A stretch of DNA of 62,812 nt, filler included, from Chiloscyllium plagiosum (lineage: Eukaryota): NCBI RefSeq assembly GCF_004010195.1. It is 4 parts of 2 records of this genome, joined end to end, with 100 filler letters (N's around TTAATTAATTAA, not from the genome) between each part and the next. Parts side by side here need not be neighbours in the genome. Positions count along the whole stretch, not along the records: positions 1 to 25,262 come from NC_057714.1; 3 more parts are not named here. One strand, given 5' to 3'. Position numbers and translations under genes: made by a program. Positions 1 through 11,335 of this stretch are shown one piece after another. Each line of letters starts with the position of its first letter. Positions within the stretch are counted from its first letter, which is position 1. The notes beneath the pieces are model-generated. The model was given only the letters and a program-made list of their open reading frames with translations. It was not told the origin of the DNA and made no database searches.

Positions 1-478
1 TCCCGGGTGTATTTACCCCAGTCCCGGGTGTATTTACCCCAGTCCCGGGTGTATTTACCCCAGTCCCGGGTGTATTTACCCCAGTCCCGGGTGTATTTAC
101 CCCAGTCCCGGGTGTATTTACCCCAGTCCCGGGTGTATTTACCCCAGTCCCGGGTGTATTTACCCCAGTCCCGGGTGTATTTACCCCAGTCCCGGGTGTA
201 TTTACCCCAGTCCCGGGTGTATTTACCCCAGTCCCGGGTGTATTTACCCCAGTCCCGGGTGTATTTACCCCAGTCCCGGGTGTATTTACCCCAGTCCCGG
301 GTGTATTTACCCCAGTCCCGGGTGTATTTACCCCAGTCCCGGGTGTATTTACCCCAGTCCCGGGTGTATTTACCCCAGTCCCGGGTGTATTTACCCCAGT
401 CCCGGGTGTATTTACCCCAGTCCCGGGTGTATTTACCCCAGTCCCGGGTGTATTTACCCCCCTCCCGGGTGTATTTAC
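1..478. repeat. 21-bp minisatellite (TCCCGGGTGTATTTACCCCAG)n, about 22-23 near-perfect copies, running off the window start; lies at the 5' end of MXD1 intron 1
   Basis: Directly visible 21-nt period. It explains the (YLPQSRV)n ORF at 7..774. Confidence 0.98.
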
Positions 479-545
479 CCCGCTCCCGTCGCTCCAGGTA
501 CTGCGCCGCCTGTAGGAGTAGGTCGATGGGCTGGAGGCCGGTCAT
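479..545 (-). CDS. MXD1: MAX dimerization protein (Mad/MXD family) coding exon 1, SIN3-interaction domain: MTGLQPIDLLLQAAQYLERRER(G)
   Basis: Minus strand reads gccATG ACC GGC...TAC CTG GAG CGA CGG GAG CGG G|gtaaat. This matches the Mad SID motif LL(E/Q)AAxYLERRER with a phase-1 donor. The neighbouring SNRNP27 supports MXD1 over MXI1/MXD3/MXD4. Confidence 0.85.
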
Positions 546-1400
546 GGCGAGCGGGGAGAGGCCGGATCCGCGTCCTTCCCCGGGAGCCGCTGTCTCGGTG
601 TCCCCGCAGCCGCCGCTCTCCCCGGACACCGGACCAGCCGCCGCCACTCAGCCCGCCCCTAGCCCGCTCTCTGACACGCCCCCTCCCGCTCCCATTGGAC
701 ACAATCCCAATCCGCCCCGCCCCTTCGCTGCTCCCATTGGTCTGCCGTCAGTCCGGCCACGCCTCCCAGTGTAGTGGGCGCTAACCGTTCTTTGCAGTCT
801 TATTGGGCAGGTCTCCGTAGATCCCGCATTCTCTCAATTCCTATTGGAGCTTAGGCCCGCCCATCTTCCTGGGCACGCGTCCTTCCGCATTGTTTCCCCC
901 ACAGCCTAACCCCGCCGGTCTTCCCTCTGATTGGTGCATCCGCCTTCCTATCACCCAGCGACCCGCCCCCTGGCTGGGCAACTGCAGCCTCTTGTCTCCG
1001 ATTGGTGATCGTTCCAGCGAGGCTCGACCCTTCCTTGACGCCATTGCTGCGTACAGCTGCCCATCATTCATCTGCGAACCGCCCCCCTCTTCCAGCAGTT
1101 GTGTCCGCCCCCGTTCTTTCCCATTGGCCTCTACTCAACAACGGCCGGCCTCCTCAGCGCTCCTATTGGTTACCGTGCCTGCCCAGTACCTGACACATCA
1201 CGTGGCACTTGTTTGGAAACAGAGCGGTCAGCCCGCCTCCGCCTCCCATTGGGCAATGCTGACAGCCTATCAAAACTGCGCACGGTCAATTACGTCACAA
1301 GGGCAAACTGCCATTGGCCAACAGCACATAAGGTATATGCCTCGCACGGCCTATCACGGCCTTCCACTTGAGGATGTACTTAGCAGTGGCTGGCGGAGGC
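546..1400 (-). promoter_or_regulatory. CpG-island 5'UTR/promoter of MXD1 with 10 co-oriented CCAAT boxes, multiple GC boxes, an E-box (CACGTG 1199-1204) and a CRE-like TTACGTCA (~1290)
   Basis: ATTGG on + at 694, 736, 802, 843, 930, 1001, 1123, 1165, 1248 and 1313; repeated CCGCCC; high CpG density directly upstream of the ATG. Confidence 0.8.
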
Positions 1401-1564
1401 CATTCAGTCCATCAGCCCCTTTACTAGCCCTATCCCAATTAACCTGCTCTCTGCCCTTCACTCTGCAGAATGGCTGCTTCAAGAAGGCTCCGACTAGCTC
1501 CTTATTGAACTTTCCTTCCATTTCCCTTTTGCAATTTGCAGGAGTCGTCCATTAAACAAAAACC

Positions 1565-1925
1565 TGAATGGTGCCAGGGTCAAGGATGTCTCAGAGTGGG
1601 TGCAGAATGTTCTCAAGGGGGAAAGAGGGGCCAGCGGGAGGTCATTGTACACACTGTTTCCAATGACATAAGAAGGTTGAGATTCTGAAGGGACAATATA
1701 GAGCGTTAGGCAAGAATTTAAAAAGGAGATCCTCGAGAGTAGTAATATCTGGGTTACTCCCGGTGCTACATGCTAGTGAGGAGCTGGTGTATGAGAGAAG
1801 GATTCACATTTTTGGATCATTGGAATCTCTTTTGGGTTGACCTGTACGAGAAGGATGGATTGCACCCAAATTGGAAGGGGACGAATATAATGGCAGGGAG
1901 ATTTGCTCGAGCTGCTTGAGAGGAA
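1565..1925 (+). mobile_element. Degenerate CR1 LINE ORF1 (SGNH esterase-like) fragment
   Basis: GGTGCCAGGGTCAAGGATGTC (GARVKDV), GTAGTAATATCTGGGTTACTCCCGGTG (VVISGLLPV) and GATGGATTGCAC (DGLH) parallel the ORF1 at 41359-41815. Confidence 0.75.
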
Positions 1926-2039
1926 TTAAGGGGGGGGGGGGGGGGGGGAGAGAGAGTGAGAAACAAGGGAGATGGTGAGGAAAGAGATTCATTTGAGACT
2001 GGTACAGTTGAGAACAGAAGCGAGTCAAACAGTCAGGGC

Positions 2040-2132
2040 AGAAAATGTGTTGCTGGAAAAGCGCAGCAGGTCAGGCAGCATCCAAGAAGCAGGAGAATCG
2101 ACGTTTCGGGCATGAGCCCTTCTTCAGGAATG
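2040..2132 (-). mobile_element. Penelope-derived short element with minimal hammerhead motif (CTGAAGAAGGGCTCATGCCCGAAACGTC on minus, ~2099-2127)
   Basis: Reverse complement of the same module found at 25850, 29420 and 42410. Confidence 0.75.
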
Positions 2133-2500
2133 AGGCCTTTTCATTGGAGAAAAGAAGGTTTAGGGGTGACTTGATAGAGATGTACAAGATGATTAGGGGT
2201 TTAGGTAGAGTTGACCATGAGAACCTTTTTCCACGTATGGAGTCAGCTATTACGAGGGGGCATAGCTTTAAATTAAGGGGTGGTAGGTATAGGACAGATG
2301 TTAGGGGTAGGTTCTTTACTCAGCGAGTCGTGAGTTCATGGAATGCCCTGCCAGTAGCAGTGGTGGACTCTCCCTCTTTATGGGCATTGGATAGGCATAT
2401 GGAGGATAGTGAGCTAGTGTAGGTTAGGTGGGCTTGGATCGGCGCAACATCGAGGGTCGAAGGGCCTGTACTGCACTGTAGTTTTCTATGTTATATGTTA
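2133..2500 (+). mobile_element. CR1 LINE 3' end fragment
   Basis: FSLEKRRFRGDLIEMYK...FFTQRVV..WNALP, the CR1 ORF2 C-terminus, followed by a 3'UTR. Confidence 0.9.
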
Positions 2501-2509
2501 AAACGATAT

Positions 2510-4110
2510 TCCTGTTAGGGTGAAACACAAGGCTGGTAGGTATAGGGAATGCTGGATGACTGAATAAATTGAGGATTTGGTTAAGAAAAAGAAGGAAGCA
2601 TATGTCAAGTATGGACAGGATCAAGTGAATCCTTAGAAGAGTATAAAGGCAGTAGAAGTATACTTAAGAGAGCACTCAGGAGGGCAAAAAGAGGACAAAG
2701 ATAGCTTTGGCAAATAGAGTTAAAGTGAATCCAAAGGGTTTTTACAAACACATTAAGGACAAAAAGGGTAACTAGGGAGAGAATAGGGCCCCTCAAAGGT
2801 TAGCAAGATGGCCTTTGTGTGGAGCCGCAGAAGATGTGGGAGATACTAAACGAGTATTTTGCATCACTGTTTACTGTGGAGAAGGACATGGAAGCGATAG
2901 AATGTAGATAGATGGTGATATCTTGAAAAATGTCCATTTTACAGAGAAGGAATTGCTGGATGTCTTGAAACACACAAAAGGTGGATAAATCCCCAGGACC
3001 TGATCAGGTGTACCCGAGAACTCTGTGGGAAGCTAGAGAAGTGATTGCTGGGCCTCTTGCTGAGATATTTGTATCATCGATAGTCACAGGTGAAATGCCG
3101 GAAGACTGGAGGTTGGCAAACGTGGTGCCACTGTTTAAGAAGAGTGGTAAGGACAAGGCAGGGAACTATAGACCGGTGAGCCTGACCTNNNNNNNNNNNN
3201 NNNNNNNNNNNNNNNNNNNNNNNNNNNNNNNNNNNNNNNNNNNNNNNNNNNNNNNNNNNNNNNNNNNNNNNNNNNNNNNNNNNNNNNNNNNNNNNNNNNN
3301 NNNNNNNNNNNNNNNNNNNNNNNNNNNNNNNNNNNNNNNNNNNNNNNNNNNNNNNNNNNNNNNNNNNNNNNNNNNNNNNNNNNNNNNNNNNNNNNNGAAG
3401 AGGGTTACCTCAGATTACAACAGGATCTGGACCAGATGGGCCAATGGGCTGAGGAGTGGCAGATGGAGTTTAATTCAGATAAATGTGAGGTGCTGCATTT
3501 TAGGAAAGCAAATCTTAGCAGGACTTATCCACTTAATGGTAAGGTCCTAGGGAGTGTTGCTGAACAAAGAGACCTTGGAGTGCAGGTTCATAGCTCCTTG
3601 AAAGCAGAGTCGCAGGTCGATAGGATAGTGAAGAAGGAGTTTGGTATGCTTTCCTTTATTGGTCAGAATATTGAGTACCGAGTTGGGAGGTCATGTTGCG
3701 GCTGTACAGGACATTGGTTAGGCCAGAATTGGAATATTGCGTTCAATTCTGGTCTCCTTCCTATCGGAAAGATGTTGTGAAACTTGAAAGGGTTCAGAAA
3801 AGATTTACAAAGATGTTGCCAGGGTTGGAGGGTTTGAGCTACAGGGAGAGGCTGGACAGGCTGGGGCTGTTTTCCCTGGAGCGTCGGAAGCTGAGGGCTG
3901 ACCTTATAGAGTTTACAAAATCATGAGGGGGCACGGATAGGGTAAATAGACAAGGTCTTTTCCCTGGGGTGGGGGAGTCCAGAACTAGAGGGGCATAGGT
4001 TTAGAGTGAGAGGGGAAAGGTATAAAAGGTGTTTGGTATGCTTTATTGGTCAGAGTATTGAGTACAGGAGTTGGGAGGTCATGTTGCGGCTGGACAGGAC
4101 ATTGGTTAGG
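2510..4110 (+). mobile_element. CR1 LINE ORF2 (RT) fragment, frameshifted, spanning the N gap 3189-3396
   Basis: [65 protein letters not shown]. Confidence 0.92.
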
Positions 4111-5830
4111 TGTTCTGGTGCAAACAAACCTGGTCTATTCAACTTTTCATCGTTAAAATCCTCCACACCAGGCAGGATCCTGGTAAACTTCTTCTGTACC
4201 CTCTGCGAAGCATCTACATCCTTCTGGTGGTGGGGTGACCAGAATTAGATGCAATCTTCCAAATGTGGCTGAACTAAAGTTCTCTAAAGCTGCAGCATAA
4301 CTTGCCTATCCTTATAGGAGAAAGTGAGGACTGCAGATGCTGGAGATCAGAGCTGAAAAGGTGTTGCTGGAAAAGCGCAGCAGGTCAGGCAGTCAATGTC
4401 CCTTCCGATGAAAGAAAGAATGTCATAAGATTTTTTCACTACCTTATCTGCCTGCACTGCACTGATCTGTGGACCTACACATCCAGATCCCTCTGTGTAT
4501 CAATCCTCCTCAGGGTTCTGCCATTCACTAATTCCCACCTGTACTTGACCTTCCAAAATGCATCACAAGTCTGGATTAGATGGCATCTGTTTTTCCGCCC
4601 ATGCCTCCAACTGATCTATATCCGACTGCATCCTCTGACAATCCCCCTCACTACCTGCGACTCCTCCAATCTTTGTGTCGGCTGCAAACTTACGAAATTA
4701 GACCAGTGAGATTTTCCTGCACGTCGTTTACGGAGACCAGAAGCAGAGGCCCCAGCACCGATCCCTGCGGAACACTGCCCTTTCCGAACTCTTTCCAGTT
4801 CGTGAGACATGATGCCCTGGCACAAAATCCACTTGCTTCCTAATGCGTGGGGACCTTATCCCCCAGGACCGTTTCCAATAATTTCCCTACCACCGACGTG
4901 AGGCGCACAGGCCTGTCATTTCTCGGATTATCCCTGTTACCCTTCTTCAGCAATGGGACAACATTGGCTATTCCTCTGGGAGCTCAGCTGTGGACAAAGA
5001 GGATATAAAAACGTCTGTCAACACTTCTGCCATTTGTCGTCTCGCCTCCCTGAATATTCTGGAACCCGGGGACTTACCGATCTTAATACTTAAGCACACA
5101 AGGCAGCTCGTCAAGCTGGAAGGCTTGTTCTCCACTTCTGAGACGATTTGTAGCTCAGGTTGATGTAAAAGTTAACAAAACCTTTCAGCGCAGCGGGCTA
5201 ACTTACGTACTGACCTGAAACACCTTTTTTTATTCGAAGACCCACGACACTTCTTCCTTTTGAACAGCAACTTGGCTTCGAAATCCAGCACTCTCTTCCC
5301 CGAGGTCATCCTCCACCAATTCCTTCTCTCTGCCGAATACTGACAGCAAGCGTTCCTTTGGGACCGCAGCTCCCTTTCTGAGACGGACGCAAAAGTTTGG
5401 GATTCTCCCTGATCCTGTCTGTGAACGATTTGAAGGAGCTTGGGAAGAGATTCAGACAAGCCGAGTGAGATCGCAGGAGCGAGGCAGACGGAACGTGTCG
5501 TGGAGAAAGGAACTCTCCGGTTTGGTTGAAATAAAACTGGAACACTGAATATCTGTTAAATGTCGAGAGAGTGGAAAAAATCGAGACCCAAGGGGGACTG
5601 GGGTATCTCTGTCCGCAAGTTGGTGAAAGGTGACTCACAATGAGGAAGGGAAACTGTACGCTGGCCTTTACTGAGAGAGGATCGGAGTACAGGAATAAAG
5701 ATCCCTTCCTACAGTACCCAGATGAAATCGTACCGAGGGTATTAAGTGATTTGGTCTCCTCATTGAAGGAGCACAGACTTGACCGAAGACGGAGTGCAGC
5801 AGAGGCTCACCAGACCTATCCCGGAGGTGC
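4110..5830. mobile_element. Older degenerate CR1 RT fragments (mainly minus 4110-5060, plus ~5420-5830), with a truncated Penelope-type insert at ~4320-4392
   Basis: GGCCCCAGCACCGATCCCTGCGG is the reverse of the PQGSVLGP motif; GTTGCTGGAAAAGCGCAGCAGGTCAGGCAG matches the Penelope module. Confidence 0.65.
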
Positions 5831-6004
5831 TGCCACTCTTCTGGAAGGCCGAGTGGGATGCGTTTGCTACGGTTTATGGGCGTATCTAATGTGCAAGATC
5901 GGAAAACACACGCCGAAACAAACAAGTCAGCCCCCGGATCTGAGACAAGAAACGATGCATCGGATTCAAGCCATCAATCAGACTGGAGAGGGAGAGCGAG
6001 AGCG

Positions 6005-6500
6005 ACTGGCTCAGGAATTAGCACGGCTGCCTCACAGTGCCAGGGACCCCGGTTCAATTCCAGCCTCGGGTAACTGTGTGTGAAGTTTGTACATTCTTTC
6101 CCCCGTGTCTGCGTGGGTTTCCTCCGGGTGCTCCGGTTTCCTCCCACAGTCCAAAGATGTGCAGGTTAGGGTGAATTGGCCACGCTAAATTACCCACAGT
6201 GCTCAGGGATGTGCAGGTTAGGGTGAATTGGCCACGCTAAATTACCCATAGTGCTCAGGGATGTGCAGGTTAGGGTGGATTGGCCGTGCTAAATTACCCA
6301 TAGTGCTCAGGGATGTGCAGGTTAGGGTGGATTGGCCGTTCTAAATTACCCATAGTGCCCAGGAATGGGTGGATTGGCCGTGCTAAATTGCCCCACAGTG
6401 TTAGGGGAACGAGTCTGGCTGGGTTACACTTCGGAGGGTCGGTGTGGATTTGCTGGGGCCTAATAGCCGGTTTCCACACTGCAGGGAATCTAATCTTAAA
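6005..6500 (+). mobile_element. HE1-type tRNA-derived V-SINE with a 52-bp internal unit repeated about 4 times
   Basis: Box B-like GGTTCAATTCC, V-domain GTGTCTGCGTGGGTTTCCTCCGGGTGCTCCGGTTTCCTCCCACAGTCCAAAGATGTG, and a TCTAATC tail. Confidence 0.9.
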
Positions 6501-6767
6501 AAAAACTTCATTCGCCTGAATGCAGAGACAGCTGCTCATTTTAAAGCAGGCGTTAACGTTGAAGTCCCAGGGTCCTGATACAGCGGAGCTAGTCTGGCAA
6601 AGAGAGTTGCCTGAGCAAGCTTGTACAGCGCTGGATTAAAAAATCCGGGATCGGTTCGGAAGCCAAACATGTCCACAGCTATGAATCCGAGCCCCGGAAA
6701 GCTCAATCCTGAGCTGCCGGTCGGGTGAAAGGACACGGATCAAACCCAGTTGACTTTGTTTGGAGCT

Positions 6768-6773
6768 TTTATT
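6768..6773 (-). terminator. Probable SNRNP27 polyadenylation signal AATAAA
   Basis: TTTATT on +, about 265 nt past the SNRNP27 stop codon in unique sequence. Confidence 0.55.
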
Positions 6774-7038
6774 GATACAGGTTAATGCACAGAATACGTC
6801 CGCCCTCTTCACGCCTCACTAACAGCACAGTAATTTGAAAACAATATACAGAATAAACGTCACAAAACGTGGTCAAACCTTCGCCGACAGGTTTGAAGAC
6901 ACCACCAGCACCTCCTGGGGACAAAGAAAACAACGCGGGGTCCTGCTGGCGAACGGTGGCAAGGGTCAAGGGAAAGCTGCCCCATCGCTCTGGCCGCAGG
7001 GTCGAGAAATGTCAGGTATCGCCAGGCCTGGAAAGGAA

Positions 7039-7093
7039 TTACGCAATGAAATCCAACGGTCTGTTAAATCCACCTTTTCTGTTCATGTACTGC
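7039..7093 (-). CDS. SNRNP27: U4/U6.U5 snRNP 27 kDa protein, last coding exon (R)[17 protein letters not shown]
   Basis: Polypyrimidine tract + cag|G CAG TAC ATG...ATT GCG TAA, the conserved SNRNP27 C-terminus; phase 2 fits the preceding exon. Confidence 0.97.
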
Positions 7094-7206
7094 CTGCACA
7101 GGAGACAGAGAGAGAAAGAAAAAACGATTACGGATCGCTATTTGAAGACAACTCCAGTGGCATTTGCTCTGAGGACATCAATTGGAGAGGGCGCTGTGTG
7201 CGGTTA

Positions 7207-7391
7207 GAGTCAAGAGAGTGTGGCGCTGGAAAAGCACAGCAGGTCGGCCAGCGTCCGAGGGAGCAGGAGAGTCAACGTTTCGGGCCAAAAGCCCTTCCGG
7301 CTCCTCGGCTGCTGCCTGACCTGCTGTTATTTTCCAGCACCGCACTCTCTCGACTCTGATCCCCAGCATCTGCAGTCCTCGCTTTCTCCTA
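7207..7391. mobile_element. Short Penelope-derived element with inverted halves, flanked by a 14-bp TSD (GCTGTGTG[C/A]GGTTA at 7193-7206 and 7392-7405)
   Basis: GCTGGAAAAGCACAGCAGGTC...GACCTGCTGTTATTTTCCAGC arms; partial hammerhead (stem II plus GAAACGTT on minus, CTGA core missing). Confidence 0.8.
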
Positions 7392-7449
7392 GCTGTGTGA
7401 GGTTACAAAGGGTGAAGTGATTTATTGCTGGATGAAGGCTTGTTTTGTT

Positions 7450-8315
7450 CTGTCACGGGTCATGTTGCAGCTGTACAGGACGTCGGTGAGGCCACTTTTG
7501 GAACATTGCATGCAATTCTGGTCTCCTTCCTATTGGAAGGATGTTCATACAGTCATAGAGACGTACAGCACGGAAACAGACCCTTCGGTCCAACCTGTCC
7601 ATGCTGACCCAGATATCCCAACCCAATCTAGTCCCACCTGCCAGCACCCGGCCCATCTCCCTCCAAACCCTTCCTATTCATATACCCATCCAAATGCCTC
7701 TTAAATGTTGTATCCTATCCATGCCCCTCATAATTTTGTAAACCTCTATAAGGTCACCCCTCAGCTTCCGACGCTCCAGGGAAAACAGGTCCAGCCTGTT
7801 CAGCCTCTCCCTATAGCTCAAATCCTCTGAATCTGGCAACATCCTTGTAAATCGTTTCTGAACCTTTTCCAATTCCACAACACCTTTCCGATAGGAAGGA
7901 GACCAGAATTGCACACAATATTCCAACAGTGGCCTAACCAATGTCCTGTACAGCCGCAACATGACCTACTCAATACTCTGACCAATAAAGGAAAGCATAC
8001 CAAACGCCTTCTTCACTATCCTATCTACCTGCGACTCCACTTTCAAGGAGCTATGAACCTGCACTCCAAGGTCTCTTTGTTCAGCAACACTCCCTACAAC
8101 CTCACCATAAAGTCCTGCTAAGATTTGCTTTCCCAAAATGCAGCACCTCACATTTATCTAAATTAAACTCTATCTGCTACTCCTCAGCCCATTGGCCGTT
8201 CAGATCAAGATCCTGTTGTAATCCAAGGTAACCTTCTTCGCTGTCCACTATACCTCCGATTCTAGTGTCATCGGCAAACTGACTATCTAAATCATTCATA
8301 TAAATAACGAAAAGC
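7450..8315 (-). mobile_element. CR1 LINE 3' RT fragment with 3'UTR (a short + strand piece lies at 7450-7545)
   Basis: ORFs 7678..7962 and 7966..8151 ([30 protein letters not shown]). Confidence 0.9.
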
Positions 8316-8377
8316 AGACAACTTTAGAAAGAGTGGCTTAAGTCTCTGAAAGTTTACAAATCCTTTGAGTTGCTCAC

Positions 8378-8442
8378 CGGTATTTCCTCTTCTGTTGCAC
8401 ATTAACAGCGTAAGCATTAACAGAACCTTCAAGCTTCTTGCC
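8378..8442 (-). CDS. SNRNP27: SNRNP27 coding exon 5: GKKLEGSVNAYAVNVQQKRKY(R)
   Basis: ttccacag|GGC AAG AAG...AAA TAC CG|gtgagc; 65 nt, phase 0 to phase 2. Confidence 0.96.
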
Positions 8443-8684
8443 CTGTGGAAGAAAGATCAGAGCACACGTTAGAAAGTCGCAGTTTTCCAGGTCACGATCA
8501 CAGTGGGGAATCGAGCAACAGGCTGTTCTCAAATCAGGCTGTCAGAGTTCCTCAGGCAGCACCTTCCAAACCCCACGACCACTTCCAGCTGGGGCAGCGG
8601 ATACATGGGAGCACCACCCTCTTTGCGAACTCCCCTCCCAGCCACTCGCTATCCCTGACTCGGAAATATATCGCCGTTGCTGAG

Positions 8685-9225
8685 TCATAGAGATGGAAAC
8701 AGACCCTTTGGTCCAACCCGTCCATGCTGTCCCAGACATCCCAACCCGATTTAGTCCCACCTGCCAGCACTTGGCCCATATCCCTCCAAACCCTTCCTAT
8801 TCATATACCCATCCAAATACCTCTTAAATGCTGTAATTGTACCAGCCTCCACCACATCCTCTGGCAGCTCATTCCATACACGTACCACCCTCTGTGCGAA
8901 AAAGTTGCCCCTTAGGTCTCTTTTATATCTTTCCCCTCTCACCCTAAACCTATGCCCCTCTAGTTCTGGACTCCCCCACCCCAGAGGAAAAGACTTTGTC
9001 TATTTATCCTATCCATGCCCCCTCAGGATTTTGTAAACCTCTATAAGGTCACCCCTCAGCCTCCGATGCTCCAGGGAAAACAGCCCCAGCCTGTCCAGCC
9101 TCTCCCTGTAGCTCAAATCCTCCAACCCTGGCAACATCCTTGTAAATCTTTTCTGAACCCTTTCAAGTTTCACAACATCTTTCCGATAGGAAGGAGACCA
9201 GAATTGCCCCCAATATTCCAACAGT
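8685..9225 (-). mobile_element. CR1 LINE 3' fragment with 3'UTR
   Basis: ORFs 8751..8942 and 9009..9374 ([41 protein letters not shown]). Confidence 0.9.
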
Positions 9226-9258
9226 GGTGAATATCCTGGGATTCCTTCCCCGAGGACG

Positions 9259-9636
9259 CAGTGGGGCGACTCTTTGCAGGAGGACTGCGGCAGTTCCAGA
9301 AGGCGGGTCACCACCTCTCCTCTGGCCTCCCCTTTCCATTCCTTACTCTCCCTCTCACGGGAGAGGCATTGCACGTTCCCGACTCACTGCTGTTGCTTTC
9401 CCAACCCTGAGATGCCGCCACAAGGCGAGAGTCAACGGCATTGCTGTCAGTGGGGCGACTCTTTGCAGGAGGACTGCAGCAGTTCCAGAAGGCGGGTCAC
9501 CTCCTCTCCTCTGGCCTCCCCTTTCCATTCCTTACTCGCCCTCTCACGGGAGAGGCATTGCACGTTCCCGACTCACTGCTGTTGCTTTCCCAACCCTGAG
9601 ATGCCGCCACAAGGCGAGAGTCAACGGCATTGCTGT
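9259..9636. repeat. Direct tandem duplication of a 189-bp unit (9259-9447 and 9448-9636)
   Basis: Both copies begin CAGTGGGGCGACTCTTTGCAGG and end GGCATTGCTGT, with only a few substitutions. Confidence 0.95.
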
Positions 9637-10367
9637 GGTACACTTGCGTGGCCAACTGACAGACGTTTGGGATAAAGGGGACAGTTCCAAGATGGCAGCC
9701 GGTGCAGTGACACAGGGATTGGTGCTGGGAGCACAGTTAATACACTATCGCCACTTTTGGGGTAACACAAAGGTAGGCAGGAAGGTGATCGGTGAGGATG
9801 ACAGGCAGGACGGGGAAATATAACATGGGGAAACGGGAGGTTATGCACTCTGGGCAGGAAGAGCAGGGCAGCTCAATATTATCTCAACGGAGCAAGGCAG
9901 TGGGAAGCGACAGTGCGGACGGACTTGAGAGCTCATGTATCATAAGAATCGAAGGGCAAGAGGGAAGGCAAATGGCTGCGAATATTTCAAAGGGCACCGA
10001 ATATAAAAACTGAGAAGGGCTGGAGTCGAAACAGTACAAGGCACCAGTCACACCACAGCTGCTCGGCTCAACGTGGCATTTCTGCTCCCAAGCCTTAAGG
10101 TCTTACAGCGTCAGAGGCAATCCAGAGAACGTTCACTCAGCTGCACCAGGGGGAAGGAGGGACCGTGTTACACAAAGGGGAACTGTGCTCATGGGAGACA
10201 AACCGAACAGCCTCTATCTACGCTGTCAACCGCTCAAAGCGTGAGAGACGTCTTTAATTAAAACGTCTCAGGGGGCTTGACAGGGTAGATGCAGAACTCT
10301 GGGCAAAACTGGGGCAGCCGCACTTGGGAGTGTCACGTACAGTTCTGGTCGCTGCATTTTAGGAAGG

Positions 10368-11335
10368 ATTAGATTAGATTCCCTACAGTGTGGAAAAGGC
10401 CCTTCGGCCCAACCAGTCCACACCAACCCTCCGAAGAGTAACCCACCTTGACCCATTCCCCTCTGCCTAATGCACTGAACACTATAGGTAATTTAGCACG
10501 GCCAATCCACCCTAACCTGCACATCCCTGAGCACTATGGGTAATTTAGCACGGCCAATCCACCCTAACCTGCACATCCCTGAGCAGTATGGGTAATCTAG
10601 CATGGCCAATCCACCCTAATCTGCACATCCCTGAGCACTACGGGTAATTTAGCATGGCCAATCCACCCTAACCTGCACATCCCTGAGCACTATGGGTAAT
10701 TTAGCATGGCCAATCCACCCTATCCTGCACATCCCTGAGCACTATGGGTAATTTAACATGTCCAATCCACCCCAACCTGCACATCCCTGAGCACTATGGG
10801 TAATTTAGCATGGCTAATCCACCCTAACCTGCACATCCCTGAGCACTATGGGTAATTTAGCATGGCCAATCCACCCTAACCTGCACATCCCTGAGCACTA
10901 TGGGTAATTTAGCATAGCCAATCCACCCTAACCTGTACATCCCTGAGCACTATGGGTAATTTAGCACGGCCTATCCACCCTAACCTGCACATTCCTGAGC
11001 ACTATGGGTAATTTAGCATGGCCAATCCAATCTAACCTGAACATCCCTGAGCACTATGGGTAATTTAGCAAAGCCAGTCCACCCTAACCTGCACATCCCT
11101 GAGCACTATGGGTAATTTAGCACGGCCAATCCACCCTAACCTGCACATCTTTGGACTGTGGGAGGAAACCAGAGCACCCGGAGGTAACCCACGCAGACAC
11201 GAGGCGGTGGGGGGGTGGCGGGGAAGAGGAGGAGAGAATGTGCAAACTCCACACAGACTCCCCAGGGCTGGAATCGAACCCAGGCCCCTGGTGCTGAGAG
11301 GCAGCGGTGCTAACCACTGTAGCCACCGTGCAGCC
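10368..11335 (-). mobile_element. HE1-type V-SINE whose 52-bp internal unit is expanded to about 13 tandem copies (~10480-11150)
   Basis: Tail GATTAGATTAGATT at the left; unit CACTATGGGTAATTTAGCATGGCCAATCCACCCTAACCTGCACATCCCTGAG; tRNA-like head at ~11270-11332. Confidence 0.92.

Noticed and set aside
7..774. 255-aa ORF with (YLPQSRV)n
   Set aside because: Product of the 21-bp minisatellite and GC-rich promoter; the real coding exon is on the opposite strand.
890..1555. 221-aa plus-strand ORF
   Set aside because: No recognisable homology; overlaps the GC-rich promoter where stop codons are rare.
10480..11150. Regular array resembling CRISPR
   Set aside because: Head-to-tail units without unique spacers, inside a SINE, in vertebrate DNA with no cas genes.
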